This document shows, piece by piece, positions 27,535 through 38,365 of a stretch of 61,560 bases of DNA. This stretch comes from a virus. Lineage: Duplodnaviria; Caudoviricetes. Location: the IMG/VR virus record IMGVR_UViG_3300009183_000101, positions 1-61,560 of that record, one strand, 5' to 3'. Both the position numbers and the translations under genes were made by a program. Every line of letters starts with the position of its first letter. The first letter of the stretch is position 1. The notes below the pieces were generated by a model. That model did not search any database and was not told the origin of the DNA. It was given only the letters and a program-made list of their open reading frames with translations.

Positions 27535-30500
27535 TTATTTTTTGTTGTATTTTTTTAGTTGTGCACCAATAATTTTTTGAGCCGATTCATGTGCTTCTTC
27601 TTTATTATAAGTTTTACCATACGAATTTCGGTATTTTTTCGGAACTTCTCTTTCTAACAAAGATAATTGAACAGATTCAACTTTTTCATTAAAAGTCATA
27701 CCCCCTTTTTTGTATTCATTTTTAGCAATAATATATTTCCCCGTTTCCCCATCAATACCAAATTGTTGGTCATCGTGAGAAAGGATAGGCATTACTAATA
27801 CAAAATCATTTTTTAAAGGGTTATAAGTTGCTTCAACACTTGTAAAATATATTGCATTATTCTTTTTTTCTGAATCATAATGCATTTTGCATTTTGTCAA
27901 ACCTAATAATTTTAATGTAGTCATTGTTTTTACAATAAATTCACTATTAAAGAAAATAGTCCTATGTTTTGTTTTTACGGCAACAAATGCAATTTCATTA
28001 AAATAGTTTGTATATTGATTTACTGAAAACTCTGCTAATTTTAAAAAATCATTTATATTTATTTCGCAACTATCTAATCGGTCAAATGAATTAATTATAA
28101 TGTAAGTCCATTGAGGATATTTACTTTGAGTCGCATTTTCGCTTGTCTTATCTCCTCCAATTTTTTTGCAAACATTCGAAACACAAATTTCTTTTGCTTC
28201 AACTTCGGTTTCATTGTAAATATGAATAAGAATATTTGCATCTGTTGCAACTACTGAATTGTTTTCAAACCTAACCGAAGTTAAAGCAGGTCTTAAATAA
28301 TATGAAGAATCAGAATCACTCATAGCAAATTTATTTATTTGCTTTAACCAATTTTCATCATTTTCAATATTGTATTTTTTTGCAATTGATTTTAATTTTA
28401 AAGAAGGAACATCAATATATTTTGCAGGAAATAAATTTATTGCATTTGGATTTCCATATTCTGCTAAATTTTTTGATATGATTGCTTTATTAGATTTGCT
28501 TAAAGTATTTATCGCTTCTGCGTAAACATCAATCGCTTCTGATTTTTTATTTTCCTTTATTGATTTTTCAACTGCATCTTGAAACGCAAAAGTGTTTGCT
28601 AACTCAAAAATATTTGCAATTTCTTTTGACTTTGATGTTTTGTCCGATTTAACTTTTGCAATTGCATTTTTCATTTTTGCAACTCCATCATTTTCTTCAG
28701 AACTATAACTTTCAACACTTTTTAATGATTCTTTTTTTACATAAAATCCATTGAATTTATCATCAGTTGTTTCGCCATTCTTTAAAATAACTTTGTCAAT
28801 ATTCCTTTTAGGAATATATACATAATTATCGCTCAATTTACCACCTTTGGCTAATTTGTATTCTCCACTTATAATAGATTCTCCTTTTATCAAATGTTTA
28901 ATACCATCATCGGTAGTTATTTTTAAAATAGAAATATCTCTTGGGGAAACATATTTCAGCATTAATGGTGTTTTGCCACCTCTTGCAAATTCATCTATAT
29001 CAAAAAATTCTTCAAAATCTTCCTCTTTAAACAAATGATTTGTACCATCTTTGAAATATACAGTAACTTCCGTGTATTTATACAAATTACCATTTTTAGT
29101 TGCTTTTGCAACACATTGCCCCTTTTTTACGGGTTTCTCAAATTTCCTTTCGGCATATTCTTCAGCCATTTGGCATAGGTAATTAGAATCCCCAAGTTTG
29201 CCACCTTCAGCGTATTCGCTTCTACCATCTAAATAATGCGTTACATCGCTAATATCGGTTTCGGCTCTACCTACTTTCCCAATAACCCAAGGTTCAACGT
29301 TGTTCGGGTCTTTTTTTAATGCTCTTTTTAGTTCTTCAGTATGGTGTGCAATGGCTTTGTTTTGACTTAATACCATTTTAGTGCTTTCATCTAATTTACC
29401 ACCTTCTGCCATTTTACCTTGATTATATTCTAATGGTAAAATAGTTAAATCTATTTTACTCATTCTATATGAAGTTGTTTTATTTAACATATAATCAGTA
29501 TCATATAAAACTCCATCATCATAAATATACATCTTCTCATAGTCTTGAGAAGTTAAAACTCTTTTACGAGGTGTTGATAAAGATTTGCTTTCCAAAAGAA
29601 TCATTTTCCTTTTTTCAGTTTCTCCACCTTCAGCCATTTTCCCATAATATGGAACTTTTGAAAAATCAACTATAATCGATGGTATTTCTTTTGATTGATA
29701 TTCTTTACCATTTTTATCTTCGTAAACAAATTCGCCAAAATTATTTTTGCCATCGTCAAAAATAACTAATCCTGTCGCTACATCTCCAACTTTATTTTTT
29801 GCACCTTTAAATCTTTTTGAATAAATATAATCCAAATCTATTTCATCGGCTAAAGATTCTATTTGCTTATAAGTTATTCCACCTTCTGCCATCATATTTG
29901 CTCCCGAATTATCAGAGAATACTACGCTATTACCAACTTTAGAACTTGCTTTTTTAGACAAATCACTTTTAATTCTTTGAACATCGGTTTCGCTTAATTT
30001 AAAGTGAACTTTTTTGTCACTTTGATAATGATAAGAATAAGCACCATTTGCGTGACTTTGACTCATTAATCCTTCTCCCGTACTTAAATCCAAAAACCCA
30101 AATCTTGTATCCGATTGTATCATAATAGGCTTATTGGATTGGTCAGCAGATATTGGATAAACAATAAAGTCTTGAGGCTTTCTCATTCCCTTTATTTTCA
30201 TTTGCAATGTTGTAGTACCCATAATGTTGTTTTTAACATTAATGAGTTCGGTATTTATTGTGCCTAATTCTCCTCCTTCAGCATAGTACTCGCTTTTGCC
30301 TTTTTGACCTATTTTACGCAAATCATAAGGTTCTGCATCTAAACCAAATTCAAACGTATATCCAATCTTTTTCATTTCGGCTAATAAATCATTTAAACTA
30401 TCATAATTATAATCTTCCACTTCCAAGGTAGATAATAATTCACTAACTTCTTCGGGTTGGTCTTCATAGTCCTCAAATAAATCTACTCCTTCATCATCGT

Positions 30501-30843
30501 CCATTTCGCCACCATCTTCAAATCTTTGCCCTTGTGAAGCCCCTTCATAGACTTCTAAAGCATTTCTCTCTCTAAAAGACAAATCTCTCTCTAAAGGCAA
30601 CATAAATGGCTTTATTCTTAAAGATTCAAGTTCTTTACGAGATACGCTCCCTACTTCAACTTCAAATAAGTTTACAATAGCCCATAAATAATCGGGGTCA
30701 TTAGGGTCTGAATTAATTATATACCAAACTCCACGACCATAAGGGTTAAATATTTTAGCAATTACTTTTTGATTTGCCAACTCCCCACCTTTGAAGAATT
30801 GAGCAAATAACTTTTTATCAATGTCTTTAGTAAATAATTTCAT
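27535..30843 (-). CDS. large polyvalent protein: DUF2958-like N-terminus, xxGG-linked modules, beta-clamp-like domain
   Basis: About 10 [MYF][AE]xGG-type linkers; F.P.G...WY..E.G.VS..EL..ERD; RPAL..V...ATD..KYP..FN..LVMP; probable ATG at 30843. Confidence 0.75.
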   Translation of the reverse strand: MKLFTKDIDKKLFAQFFKGGELANQKVIAKIFNPYGRGVWYIINSDPNDPDYLWAIVNLFEVEVGSVSRKELESLRIKPFMLPLERDLSFRERNALEVYEGASQGQRFEDGGEMDDDEGVDLFEDYEDQPEEVSELLSTLEVEDYNYDSLNDLLAEMKKIGYTFEFGLDAEPYDLRKIGQKGKSEYYAEGGELGTINTELINVKNNIMGTTTLQMKIKGMRKPQDFIVYPISADQSNKPIMIQSDTRFGFLDLSTGEGLMSQSHANGAYSYHYQSDKKVHFKLSETDVQRIKSDLSKKASSKVGNSVVFSDNSGANMMAEGGITYKQIESLADEIDLDYIYSKRFKGAKNKVGDVATGLVIFDDGKNNFGEFVYEDKNGKEYQSKEIPSIIVDFSKVPYYGKMAEGGETEKRKMILLESKSLSTPRKRVLTSQDYEKMYIYDDGVLYDTDYMLNKTTSYRMSKIDLTILPLEYNQGKMAEGGKLDESTKMVLSQNKAIAHHTEELKRALKKDPNNVEPWVIGKVGRAETDISDVTHYLDGRSEYAEGGKLGDSNYLCQMAEEYAERKFEKPVKKGQCVAKATKNGNLYKYTEVTVYFKDGTNHLFKEEDFEEFFDIDEFARGGKTPLMLKYVSPRDISILKITTDDGIKHLIKGESIISGEYKLAKGGKLSDNYVYIPKRNIDKVILKNGETTDDKFNGFYVKKESLKSVESYSSEENDGVAKMKNAIAKVKSDKTSKSKEIANIFELANTFAFQDAVEKSIKENKKSEAIDVYAEAINTLSKSNKAIISKNLAEYGNPNAINLFPAKYIDVPSLKLKSIAKKYNIENDENWLKQINKFAMSDSDSSYYLRPALTSVRFENNSVVATDANILIHIYNETEVEAKEICVSNVCKKIGGDKTSENATQSKYPQWTYIIINSFDRLDSCEININDFLKLAEFSVNQYTNYFNEIAFVAVKTKHRTIFFNSEFIVKTMTTLKLLGLTKCKMHYDSEKKNNAIYFTSVEATYNPLKNDFVLVMPILSHDDQQFGIDGETGKYIIAKNEYKKGGMTFNEKVESVQLSLLEREVPKKYRNSYGKTYNKEEAHESAQKIIGAQLKKYNKK

Positions 30844-30844
30844 A

Positions 30845-33800
30845 TTAGTCGTTTTTGTGTTTTTCGGTGTAAAATACTTTGCCACCTTTAGCAAATTTCA
30901 AAGTAGCACCATCATTAAAATTAATTTTACCCGATTGTAATACTTTTATTAAATCATCTTTTTGCTCTTGAGCGTAATTTTCGTTTATATCTTCGCCCAT
31001 TTTTTTATAATAATCGGAAACATCTGCAATTAAATCTAAAGTGTTATCATATTTTAAATACAAATCTTCTTTGCCCCACATCTCTTTTGTATTACGACCA
31101 TTCCAATCTTTATAAATTCTTCCACCTTTTTCCATATAACCACCATCTTCAAAACTATCAGTAAATTCATAATCATTACCTTTGTAAACTAATCTATAAC
31201 CACTAAATCCATTATTTTTAACATACCTTTCCTTTGTTTCACCTCCATCATCAGAAACAATTATTTCTCGTCCTTTTTGAGAAATTAATTTATATCCACT
31301 TGGCTTTAACTGACCATTACTTTGCCCCCCCAATAACTCTTCTCCCATCTCTCCACCTTTAGCCATATAGCCACCATCTTCGTATTTGTAATCTTTATTT
31401 AAAGCGTTTTTAAGTTCTGCCTTAAATGTCTTTAAATGAAAACTATTAATAGGTGCATTATCAAAATCAAAATTTTTCATTACCTCATCATAAGTTATAG
31501 TGCCATAAGTACCGAATTTTGTACTTCTAACTTCTTCAACCCATTTTTTATATTCTTTTTCGGTTTTTACGTTATTCCAATCGTTATATAATTTATTTAT
31601 AATTTTGCCATTACCTTCATTTAATACAACATTTACATATCCACCTTCAGCCATCATTCCACCTTTAGCGAAACGACCACCTACTTTATCAAAAAATTCA
31701 TTTGCTTGTTTTAGTTCTTCTTTAGAAGGCTCTCTTTCTACATCATCGTAAATATCAATTTCGTATCTTTTAAATCCACCAGCGTATTGATTTCGTTCAA
31801 TACTTTTCATCATAAAAGGTTTTACCACACCTCTCCATTTTGCACCATTACTTCTGTTCTCCGTCAAAATGACTTCTGTGTTTAATTTTCCACCTTCAGC
31901 CATATAGCCACCATCTTCGTATTTTTCCAAATAATTCGAAACATTATACACTTCTTTAAATCCATCTTCTTTTAATGAATTTATAATAGAATTTAATTGA
32001 ATCTTACTTTTAGCAGTACTAATACCAATAAACGGACTTCCATCTTTATGTGTTGACTTACCATCATAAACATCAACTACATATTTCGCCTTTCCTATGC
32101 TATGAGGATAAACAGAAAATAATTTTTCTTGCAATGTACCACCTTCTTCATATTTTCTTCCCCAATCTTTTTCGTAAATAGAAATATAATTATCAAATTC
32201 TTTTTCTAAAATTTCTTGAGCCTTATTTTTACTTCCATCAAACACAACAACATCGGGTTGATTTGACCAACCATATTTTTTTGCTTTTCTAACTTTTTTA
32301 AAGCCGTTGTCTTTTAAAACTTTTGCAATTTTATCTTCATCGTAGTTTGGATAAAAATCATTTACATAGTAAACCTCTTCAGCCATACCACCATGTTCGT
32401 ATTTATTAAATTCAACAATAGAAAGTTTAGCATTTGGATAAATTTCTTGAAACTCTTTATACTTTAAAGATACAAAATTTTTATTATCACTCTTAAAATA
32501 AATTATATCGGTGTTTTCATCAACTATTGCATAAGACTTTGCCTTAGTATTATCGCCTTCAGCCATACCACCATCTTCGTATTTTTTACCATCAGCAATA
32601 TAATCGTATCCATTTTTATGAGCCCAATTAATTGCTTTTTTTGACATTGGATGTTTTGGATAATAGCCCGAAGTTGGTCTTACTACTTTATTTTCTCTAT
32701 TAATAGAAGCAATCCGAACATTTTTTTCAAAATATGGCTCATATCCTAACAAGTAATCACCTTCTTCTTGAATTCGACCACCTTCAGCCATATAGCCACC
32801 TTTGGCATTTTTCGTATTTATATTTGTTATTTTTATTCTTTCTATGTAATTAACATTTCCTTGCCAAATCGGTCTGCCATAAGACCTTTTAAATGTAAAA
32901 TTAGTTCCATTATTTAAAGTAACTAAATAAGTATCTTCGGAATAAGGATTACTATTATTGTAAGGATAATTTTTTCCTTTTTCTATTACTTCTATATTTT
33001 TTACAATATATTCAGTTTTATCATAAATATAATCAGTCAAATCTTCTTCATTTTTTATCGTAACATATCCATCATCTTTCTTTCCAGCCATTACCCCCTT
33101 ATAATATGATTGCCATTCACCACCTAATGATTTTATTTTTGAAATTTCCTCCTCTAATTTACCACCTTCAGCCATACCACCATGCTCATAACGACTATCT
33201 TCCATTTCAAAGTCATAGAAATATCCATAACTTTTAAGTTCTTTTCTTAAATCTAAAGCATCGGCTTTTTTCAAAGTAATAAAAAAACTAACTTGCGAAA
33301 TATCCCCACTTGTTCTCCAATCTTTTGAATATGGTTCTACTATATTGATAACTTCATTTAAACTTATATTATCAGTATTAAACGAGAAAGAAAACACTAC
33401 TTTTTCACTTAATTTACCACCACGCTCTAACATAGGGTATTTTTTACGTTTTACATCGGCACGATTAATACGTCCTTCGTAATACGCTCTTCCTTCTGTA
33501 ATATCTGCTCTTGTAGGTTTTTTATAATTATGTTTACCCCTCATTCTCCATCCAAAAGGCTTTGCAGGTCTATTTGCATCAATATCGTTTCCTGTACCTT
33601 TTTTATCTTGGGCTTCTTTCTTTCGTTTTTCACCAAGGGCTTTCCCTCTTTCTTTTTGAGCATCTGCAAGAGCCTTTTTATATTCGGGAGTTGTCTTAAC
33701 GGCAATTGGTTTAACTTCTTTTAATTTGTTAAAAAAGTCAACGAATAATTGTTTTGCTTCTTCGTCTTTACCAATAAAATTACCTGTCGCTAAACGCAAT

Positions 33801-33889
33801 TTTTTTAATGTTTCCTTGGCTTTATCAGAAATCTTTGTTTGGTCAATAGATTTGTATAAAGTGGATAAAGTATTTGTAGTTTTTTTCAT
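30845..33889 (-). CDS. large polyvalent protein: array of about 10 unrelated modules joined by YExGG(Y)MAEGG linkers
   Basis: About 17 GG motifs in the translation. Confidence 0.8.
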   Translation of the reverse strand: MKKTTNTLSTLYKSIDQTKISDKAKETLKKLRLATGNFIGKDEEAKQLFVDFFNKLKEVKPIAVKTTPEYKKALADAQKERGKALGEKRKKEAQDKKGTGNDIDANRPAKPFGWRMRGKHNYKKPTRADITEGRAYYEGRINRADVKRKKYPMLERGGKLSEKVVFSFSFNTDNISLNEVINIVEPYSKDWRTSGDISQVSFFITLKKADALDLRKELKSYGYFYDFEMEDSRYEHGGMAEGGKLEEEISKIKSLGGEWQSYYKGVMAGKKDDGYVTIKNEEDLTDYIYDKTEYIVKNIEVIEKGKNYPYNNSNPYSEDTYLVTLNNGTNFTFKRSYGRPIWQGNVNYIERIKITNINTKNAKGGYMAEGGRIQEEGDYLLGYEPYFEKNVRIASINRENKVVRPTSGYYPKHPMSKKAINWAHKNGYDYIADGKKYEDGGMAEGDNTKAKSYAIVDENTDIIYFKSDNKNFVSLKYKEFQEIYPNAKLSIVEFNKYEHGGMAEEVYYVNDFYPNYDEDKIAKVLKDNGFKKVRKAKKYGWSNQPDVVVFDGSKNKAQEILEKEFDNYISIYEKDWGRKYEEGGTLQEKLFSVYPHSIGKAKYVVDVYDGKSTHKDGSPFIGISTAKSKIQLNSIINSLKEDGFKEVYNVSNYLEKYEDGGYMAEGGKLNTEVILTENRSNGAKWRGVVKPFMMKSIERNQYAGGFKRYEIDIYDDVEREPSKEELKQANEFFDKVGGRFAKGGMMAEGGYVNVVLNEGNGKIINKLYNDWNNVKTEKEYKKWVEEVRSTKFGTYGTITYDEVMKNFDFDNAPINSFHLKTFKAELKNALNKDYKYEDGGYMAKGGEMGEELLGGQSNGQLKPSGYKLISQKGREIIVSDDGGETKERYVKNNGFSGYRLVYKGNDYEFTDSFEDGGYMEKGGRIYKDWNGRNTKEMWGKEDLYLKYDNTLDLIADVSDYYKKMGEDINENYAQEQKDDLIKVLQSGKINFNDGATLKFAKGGKVFYTEKHKND
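31353..33189. repeat. dispersed direct repeats encoding the GG linkers
   Basis: 31353-31387 vs 31890-31924: 35 bp, 1 mismatch; shorter copies near 31641, 32377, 32555, 32777, 33161. Confidence 0.85.
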
Positions 33890-33898
33890 AATTTTATT

Positions 33899-34276
33899 TT
33901 AAAATTCTAAATCTAAAATGTCTTGTCTAATTTGTTCCAAAAATAATCTTTTTTCATCAATATTTTCACCACTATTATTTGGTGGGGTTTCTATAACTTG
34001 AACTTCTTGAATATCTTGAATCTGCTCAATTTCTTTTATCTCTTCTTCAATGTTTTCTTTTGCTTTAGGATTTAATTTATATTCATTTAAACGCTTTAAC
34101 AAAATACTTGACATTTCTGCAATAGTATGAGCAACTACATCCCTTTTACGCTCATTTGTTATTTCTTCATAAATTAACTGCATTCCATCAATTAATTTTC
34201 CACCATCAAGAATATCTTGTGGTAATTTATTTTGCTCCTCTTCGGATATATTTAAAAAATTAAAAAATCTTATCAT
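33899..34276 (-). CDS. hypothetical acidic helical protein
   Basis: ORF in operon. Confidence 0.7.
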   Translation of the reverse strand: MIRFFNFLNISEEEQNKLPQDILDGGKLIDGMQLIYEEITNERKRDVVAHTIAEMSSILLKRLNEYKLNPKAKENIEEEIKEIEQIQDIQEVQVIETPPNNSGENIDEKRLFLEQIRQDILDLEF

Positions 34277-34575
34277 ATTATTGTTGTGTTACTTACATAT
34301 TTTGCAATTAATGGTGGTGGCATAATTAAATTCATAGTTACTATTTCGCCATCAAACAAAATGTTGTAAAATATTTGTTTGGTAAAAGGAATATTTTCTT
34401 CAGACAAATCTTGAATTAAAGTTGAAACAATAGTTATACTATTATCATCTTCATTTAGACTTTTTCTAACTTCAAACGAGCAATACCTTTCAGAGCCAAA
34501 CCCTATATATTCATTAACGTTTTTATTATATTCGTTTCGTAAATTTTCTATTTTGTATTTTTGTAAATCTGTCAT
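34273..34575 (-). CDS. hypothetical protein
   Basis: ORF with ATGA overlaps. Confidence 0.7.
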   Translation of the reverse strand: MTDLQKYKIENLRNEYNKNVNEYIGFGSERYCSFEVRKSLNEDDNSITIVSTLIQDLSEENIPFTKQIFYNILFDGEIVTMNLIMPPPLIAKYVSNTTII

Positions 34576-35876
34576 GGTGTTTGCTCTAAATTTTTAATTT
34601 GTCTTATTGCCCTATCAAATGTTTTTTGTGCTTGTTGTTGGCTCAAACAAGCGTTAATAATAATTTTAGTGTTAGGATTCAAACTATCGTCTTTACTACT
34701 ACCAAAATCTTTACTTGTTTGCAATGCTTTAATAAGACTTCTTTTTGTAATATCGGCATCATTAATCGCACTACCTAAACCTATACTAATATCGCTATTA
34801 TATCCTAAATCATAGGAAGCCGTAATTATATATTTGAAAAATTGGTATCTAAAGTTTCTCGCATCAGCACTTATAATTGCCGTTGTGTTTGAGTTTAATG
34901 GGTCATTTAAGTCTTTTAGTTTAATAAAAGAACTAACAATTTTACTTTGATTATTTCCCCAAGAAGTTGCCCCACCCCCATAAATTCTAAATCTAACATT
35001 CGATTTACTTAATTTTTCAATTATTGCATTTACGGCAACGGAAGTCCAAAACATCTCATCTCTTGCTTCTACATTAGCATTATAACTTACTTGAATAACA
35101 ATATCAATTTGTGGTAATTGAAAAGGTATTTGTGGAATATAAATAAAACTCTTTTTCCAAGTAGAACTGAATTTAGGCAATCCATTAACCCCAATCACTT
35201 GCCTTTGTTGAACATCGTGACGTGGTATTTCTGCTACTTTTAAATGTATAAATTCAAATTTTCCATCAATTATTTCTTTAACCACATAAGGGCTATTTTG
35301 ATTTACGAAAATATTTAAGATGGGAGAAAATAATTTACCATTCTTTTGTTCCAAATAATGTTGTGGAATTTCGGCAACAAAGATGTGATAAAAAACCACA
35401 TCTCCGTTTCCCGTTTTATAAGAACGAACTTCATCGCCCCCAACAATTCTATTTAATAGAGGGCTAAAATATTCTACCACGGGAATAAGCCCTAAAGATG
35501 CAAGGTCAAAAGAAAATATTCCAATCTCTTGAGCAGTAAAAGTAATTTTCTTTTTTTGCTCTAAATCAATTTGCTCGATATTTGTATTGTTTCTATCAAA
35601 CGCTTCTAATTCCCTTTTTAATTCATCATTAAATTTAAAAGTATTAATATCTTGTTTGACTTCCTCAAAATCCGTAGTTCCATACCAATTTTCGTTCCTT
35701 CTCGCTCTTTGTGTTAAATAACTTTCATCAAAAATAGAATCGTAAACGGCTCTTGCATTATCCGTTAAGGTAGGAACTAAATCATTAATATAGTCTACAT
35801 AATCAAAGTAACTATCAAACAAAATTGTTTGACTATTCCTTTTAATTGACGATATGTCTACTTTGGTAAAACCCAT
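34572..35876 (-). CDS. degenerate vWA-like partner of the AAA+ ATPase
   Basis: C-terminal alternating beta/alpha pattern (IDIVIQVSYNANV..AIIEKL..RFRIY..IKLK); directly downstream of a MoxR-type ATPase. Confidence 0.5.
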   Translation of the reverse strand: MGFTKVDISSIKRNSQTILFDSYFDYVDYINDLVPTLTDNARAVYDSIFDESYLTQRARRNENWYGTTDFEEVKQDINTFKFNDELKRELEAFDRNNTNIEQIDLEQKKKITFTAQEIGIFSFDLASLGLIPVVEYFSPLLNRIVGGDEVRSYKTGNGDVVFYHIFVAEIPQHYLEQKNGKLFSPILNIFVNQNSPYVVKEIIDGKFEFIHLKVAEIPRHDVQQRQVIGVNGLPKFSSTWKKSFIYIPQIPFQLPQIDIVIQVSYNANVEARDEMFWTSVAVNAIIEKLSKSNVRFRIYGGGATSWGNNQSKIVSSFIKLKDLNDPLNSNTTAIISADARNFRYQFFKYIITASYDLGYNSDISIGLGSAINDADITKRSLIKALQTSKDFGSSKDDSLNPNTKIIINACLSQQQAQKTFDRAIRQIKNLEQTP

Positions 35877-38359
35877 TAGTCTACGATATATTTATCAGCA
35901 ATTAACCAATTAGTTGATTCGCTATAAATTTTAGAAGCCGTTTCTTTAACCATTGGAGTCAATGAATCTACAAACCCACTTTCTCCACCATTAACGATTA
36001 AATCAATAGTGGTTTTAGTTACTTTTTCAACTTCATCGTAGGTATATCCACTTTCACGAATTAATGTTTGTTTTGCATCATCGCCAAACGCAACTAAATA
36101 ACTTTCAAAAGTTGACAATACGGTTTTTCCTTTATCACTAATTCCTGTATCGCCTTGTTTTCTTGCAATCGCACGAACTAATTCTATTTCAAAACCTACT
36201 CTAAAAGCAATGATAGTACGATAAGAAACCAATGCCATATTTTTCATATTGTTGGCTTCGATAATCGTTCTTAAACCTCTTGGAGTTGGTAATGCTTTAT
36301 TATCTCTTTTCGCTTTAATGTATTCGTGATAATTACCTACAAGCATATCATACAAAAATTTATATCTGCAACTCTCTTCGTCAATATATTGAGAATAGTC
36401 TACATAGTAAACGCTACCACTAAATCTATCTAACAAAGATAAATCTTGTTGGTTATTACCAACGTATCCTGCAGGATTAGGTTTGTTTGGATATACGTTA
36501 CCCGTTCCAATAACTGCAAAATTTTCATTTCTTGGTATTGGTGGTTCACTTGGATTGGTTGAATTGATTTTAGCATTCTGTCTTGTTTTAGAAGATTTTG
36601 CCAACGCATCGTTTAACAAACCTGCCGTGTTAGGGTCAAGTTTAGGCATCTCATCTAAAATAAGTATTTTACCATCTCTCCAAGAAACAATTAATTTACC
36701 ATCCTTGTATCCTTCGATTGTTTGACCTCCTAAAATTTCAGTTGGCGAAGTATATTGAGAACAATTTAAAACCATAAAATCACGATTTAAAATTTCTGCA
36801 ACTCTTTCAGCAGTAAATGTATTGTGAGTTACAATATAATCATCGGTAAGGTACAAACTTGTAGGATTTGATACTTTGATACATCTCACTTGCTCTACAC
36901 CCTTAAATTCAATCTTTTCAATTGACCTACGAGTTTTGTATTTTGTATTATGAGTGTATTTTTTATTTGACTTTCTAAATGGATTAATATTATCGGGGAA
37001 AACACAATGTAGTCTATATGCCGTTGTTGTTTCTTTTCTAATTCCATTTTTAATGTATTTACCCATTCTTGAAGTTACACGACAAGTTCCACCTAAACTT
37101 CTTACTAATTCAGCAAAATCAATGCTTAATTTTTCACTTGAAGTTGAATATTCAAAATGAGTACTATCTGCATATCCATCAGTATCACACAACCCTTGCA
37201 ACAAAGATATTCTATCTTCTAAAGTTCCATATAAATATTGATGTGGAATATGTTTATCAATAGATTTTTTATATAATAAATTTAAATCCTTTAATTCATT
37301 TTTAAACAAATTAACACCATCTTCTCCAATTATTCCATAAGCATTAGAGCGTTCATCATTATTTCTTTTAGATAATTTAACTTTTTCGGGTAATAATCTG
37401 CTTACTTCATTTATAATATTTTCATCATTATTACTAATTGATATTGAATCTGTAGTTAAAGAACCATCTCCAATCACAACTGCTAAAACGTAAGGGTCTA
37501 TAATATTGTTGAATTTTCTATTAAAATCAACTGCTTTAGCAACGGGAATATATGCATTAGCATAACCTTTTGCAGTAAATGTTTCAATTTCACTTAATGG
37601 AATAACTTTACCTTTTCTCCCTCTACTCCTATCTAATCTCGTTTGAACTTCCCATAAATGTTCGTCACAAGTTTCCGTTGTAGCCCCGTCTGAAGTAGTA
37701 ACAATAAACACATTTTTTTCGCCTCTGTCATAAACCCCTTCAACGTGATAAATGTTTCCATCTTCGCCAAAAACTTCATCCCCTACTTGTATATTTTCAA
37801 AAGTAATGAATCCATTTGGTGTGCAAATTTTTGCCGACAATGGTTGTGCTTTACCACCACCTGCTTCACCGATTAAATATACGTTGTTACCTGCCAATAC
37901 ATCATCCAAAATTGAATAGATATTTGGTATCATTGAAGTACCTTTATCTACTGTAATTTGCAAATCATATTTTGGCAAACTCAAAACAACTATTTGATTT
38001 TTGCGTATTTCATCTAAAACGCTTTTATCTAACTCGTCTAAATTGATTTTACGGGTTGTAAGGAACTCTTCAATCATTTTCCTCACTTCGTAACTATCTA
38101 CACCTCCACCTTGATTAGAAAGCATCATAGCCCTCAATGTGGTAAGCATGGCATCAATAGTTGAAGAACCATCAGTAGTTGTTTTTGACTTTTTTTCTTT
38201 TTTAGTTTCTTTAACTACAACTTCTTCTGTAATAGGAGTCATTGCTTTTAATTCATCTAATTTTGATTGAGCATTTGAACGAATATTTTCGGGTGTACTT
38301 GGATTGCCAATAATCCTTTCCATTGCTTCAATTTTTGAATTTATTTCTTGTTGTGTCAT
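35876..38359 (-). CDS. MoxR/CobS-like AAA+ ATPase interrupted by an intein
   Basis: Walker A GEAGGGK|T split by intein; ILILDEM Walker B; GTGN; LLDRF. Confidence 0.85.
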   Translation of the reverse strand: MTQQEINSKIEAMERIIGNPSTPENIRSNAQSKLDELKAMTPITEEVVVKETKKEKKSKTTTDGSSTIDAMLTTLRAMMLSNQGGGVDSYEVRKMIEEFLTTRKINLDELDKSVLDEIRKNQIVVLSLPKYDLQITVDKGTSMIPNIYSILDDVLAGNNVYLIGEAGGGKAQPLSAKICTPNGFITFENIQVGDEVFGEDGNIYHVEGVYDRGEKNVFIVTTSDGATTETCDEHLWEVQTRLDRSRGRKGKVIPLSEIETFTAKGYANAYIPVAKAVDFNRKFNNIIDPYVLAVVIGDGSLTTDSISISNNDENIINEVSRLLPEKVKLSKRNNDERSNAYGIIGEDGVNLFKNELKDLNLLYKKSIDKHIPHQYLYGTLEDRISLLQGLCDTDGYADSTHFEYSTSSEKLSIDFAELVRSLGGTCRVTSRMGKYIKNGIRKETTTAYRLHCVFPDNINPFRKSNKKYTHNTKYKTRRSIEKIEFKGVEQVRCIKVSNPTSLYLTDDYIVTHNTFTAERVAEILNRDFMVLNCSQYTSPTEILGGQTIEGYKDGKLIVSWRDGKILILDEMPKLDPNTAGLLNDALAKSSKTRQNAKINSTNPSEPPIPRNENFAVIGTGNVYPNKPNPAGYVGNNQQDLSLLDRFSGSVYYVDYSQYIDEESCRYKFLYDMLVGNYHEYIKAKRDNKALPTPRGLRTIIEANNMKNMALVSYRTIIAFRVGFEIELVRAIARKQGDTGISDKGKTVLSTFESYLVAFGDDAKQTLIRESGYTYDEVEKVTKTTIDLIVNGGESGFVDSLTPMVKETASKIYSESTNWLIADKYIVD
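36821..37849 (-). mobile_element. 343-aa intein with LAGLIDADG homing endonuclease, class 3-type
   Basis: Begins AQPL, ends VTHN before Thr+1; LAVVIGDG and LQGLCDTDG motifs; W/C/T signature. Confidence 0.9.
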
Positions 38360-38365
38360 TTCGTT

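Noticed and set aside
30845-33889. Linker repeats as a CRISPR array or tape-measure repeats
   Set aside because: In-frame, degenerate and spaced irregularly by hundreds of bases; modules are not periodic helical repeats; no cas operon
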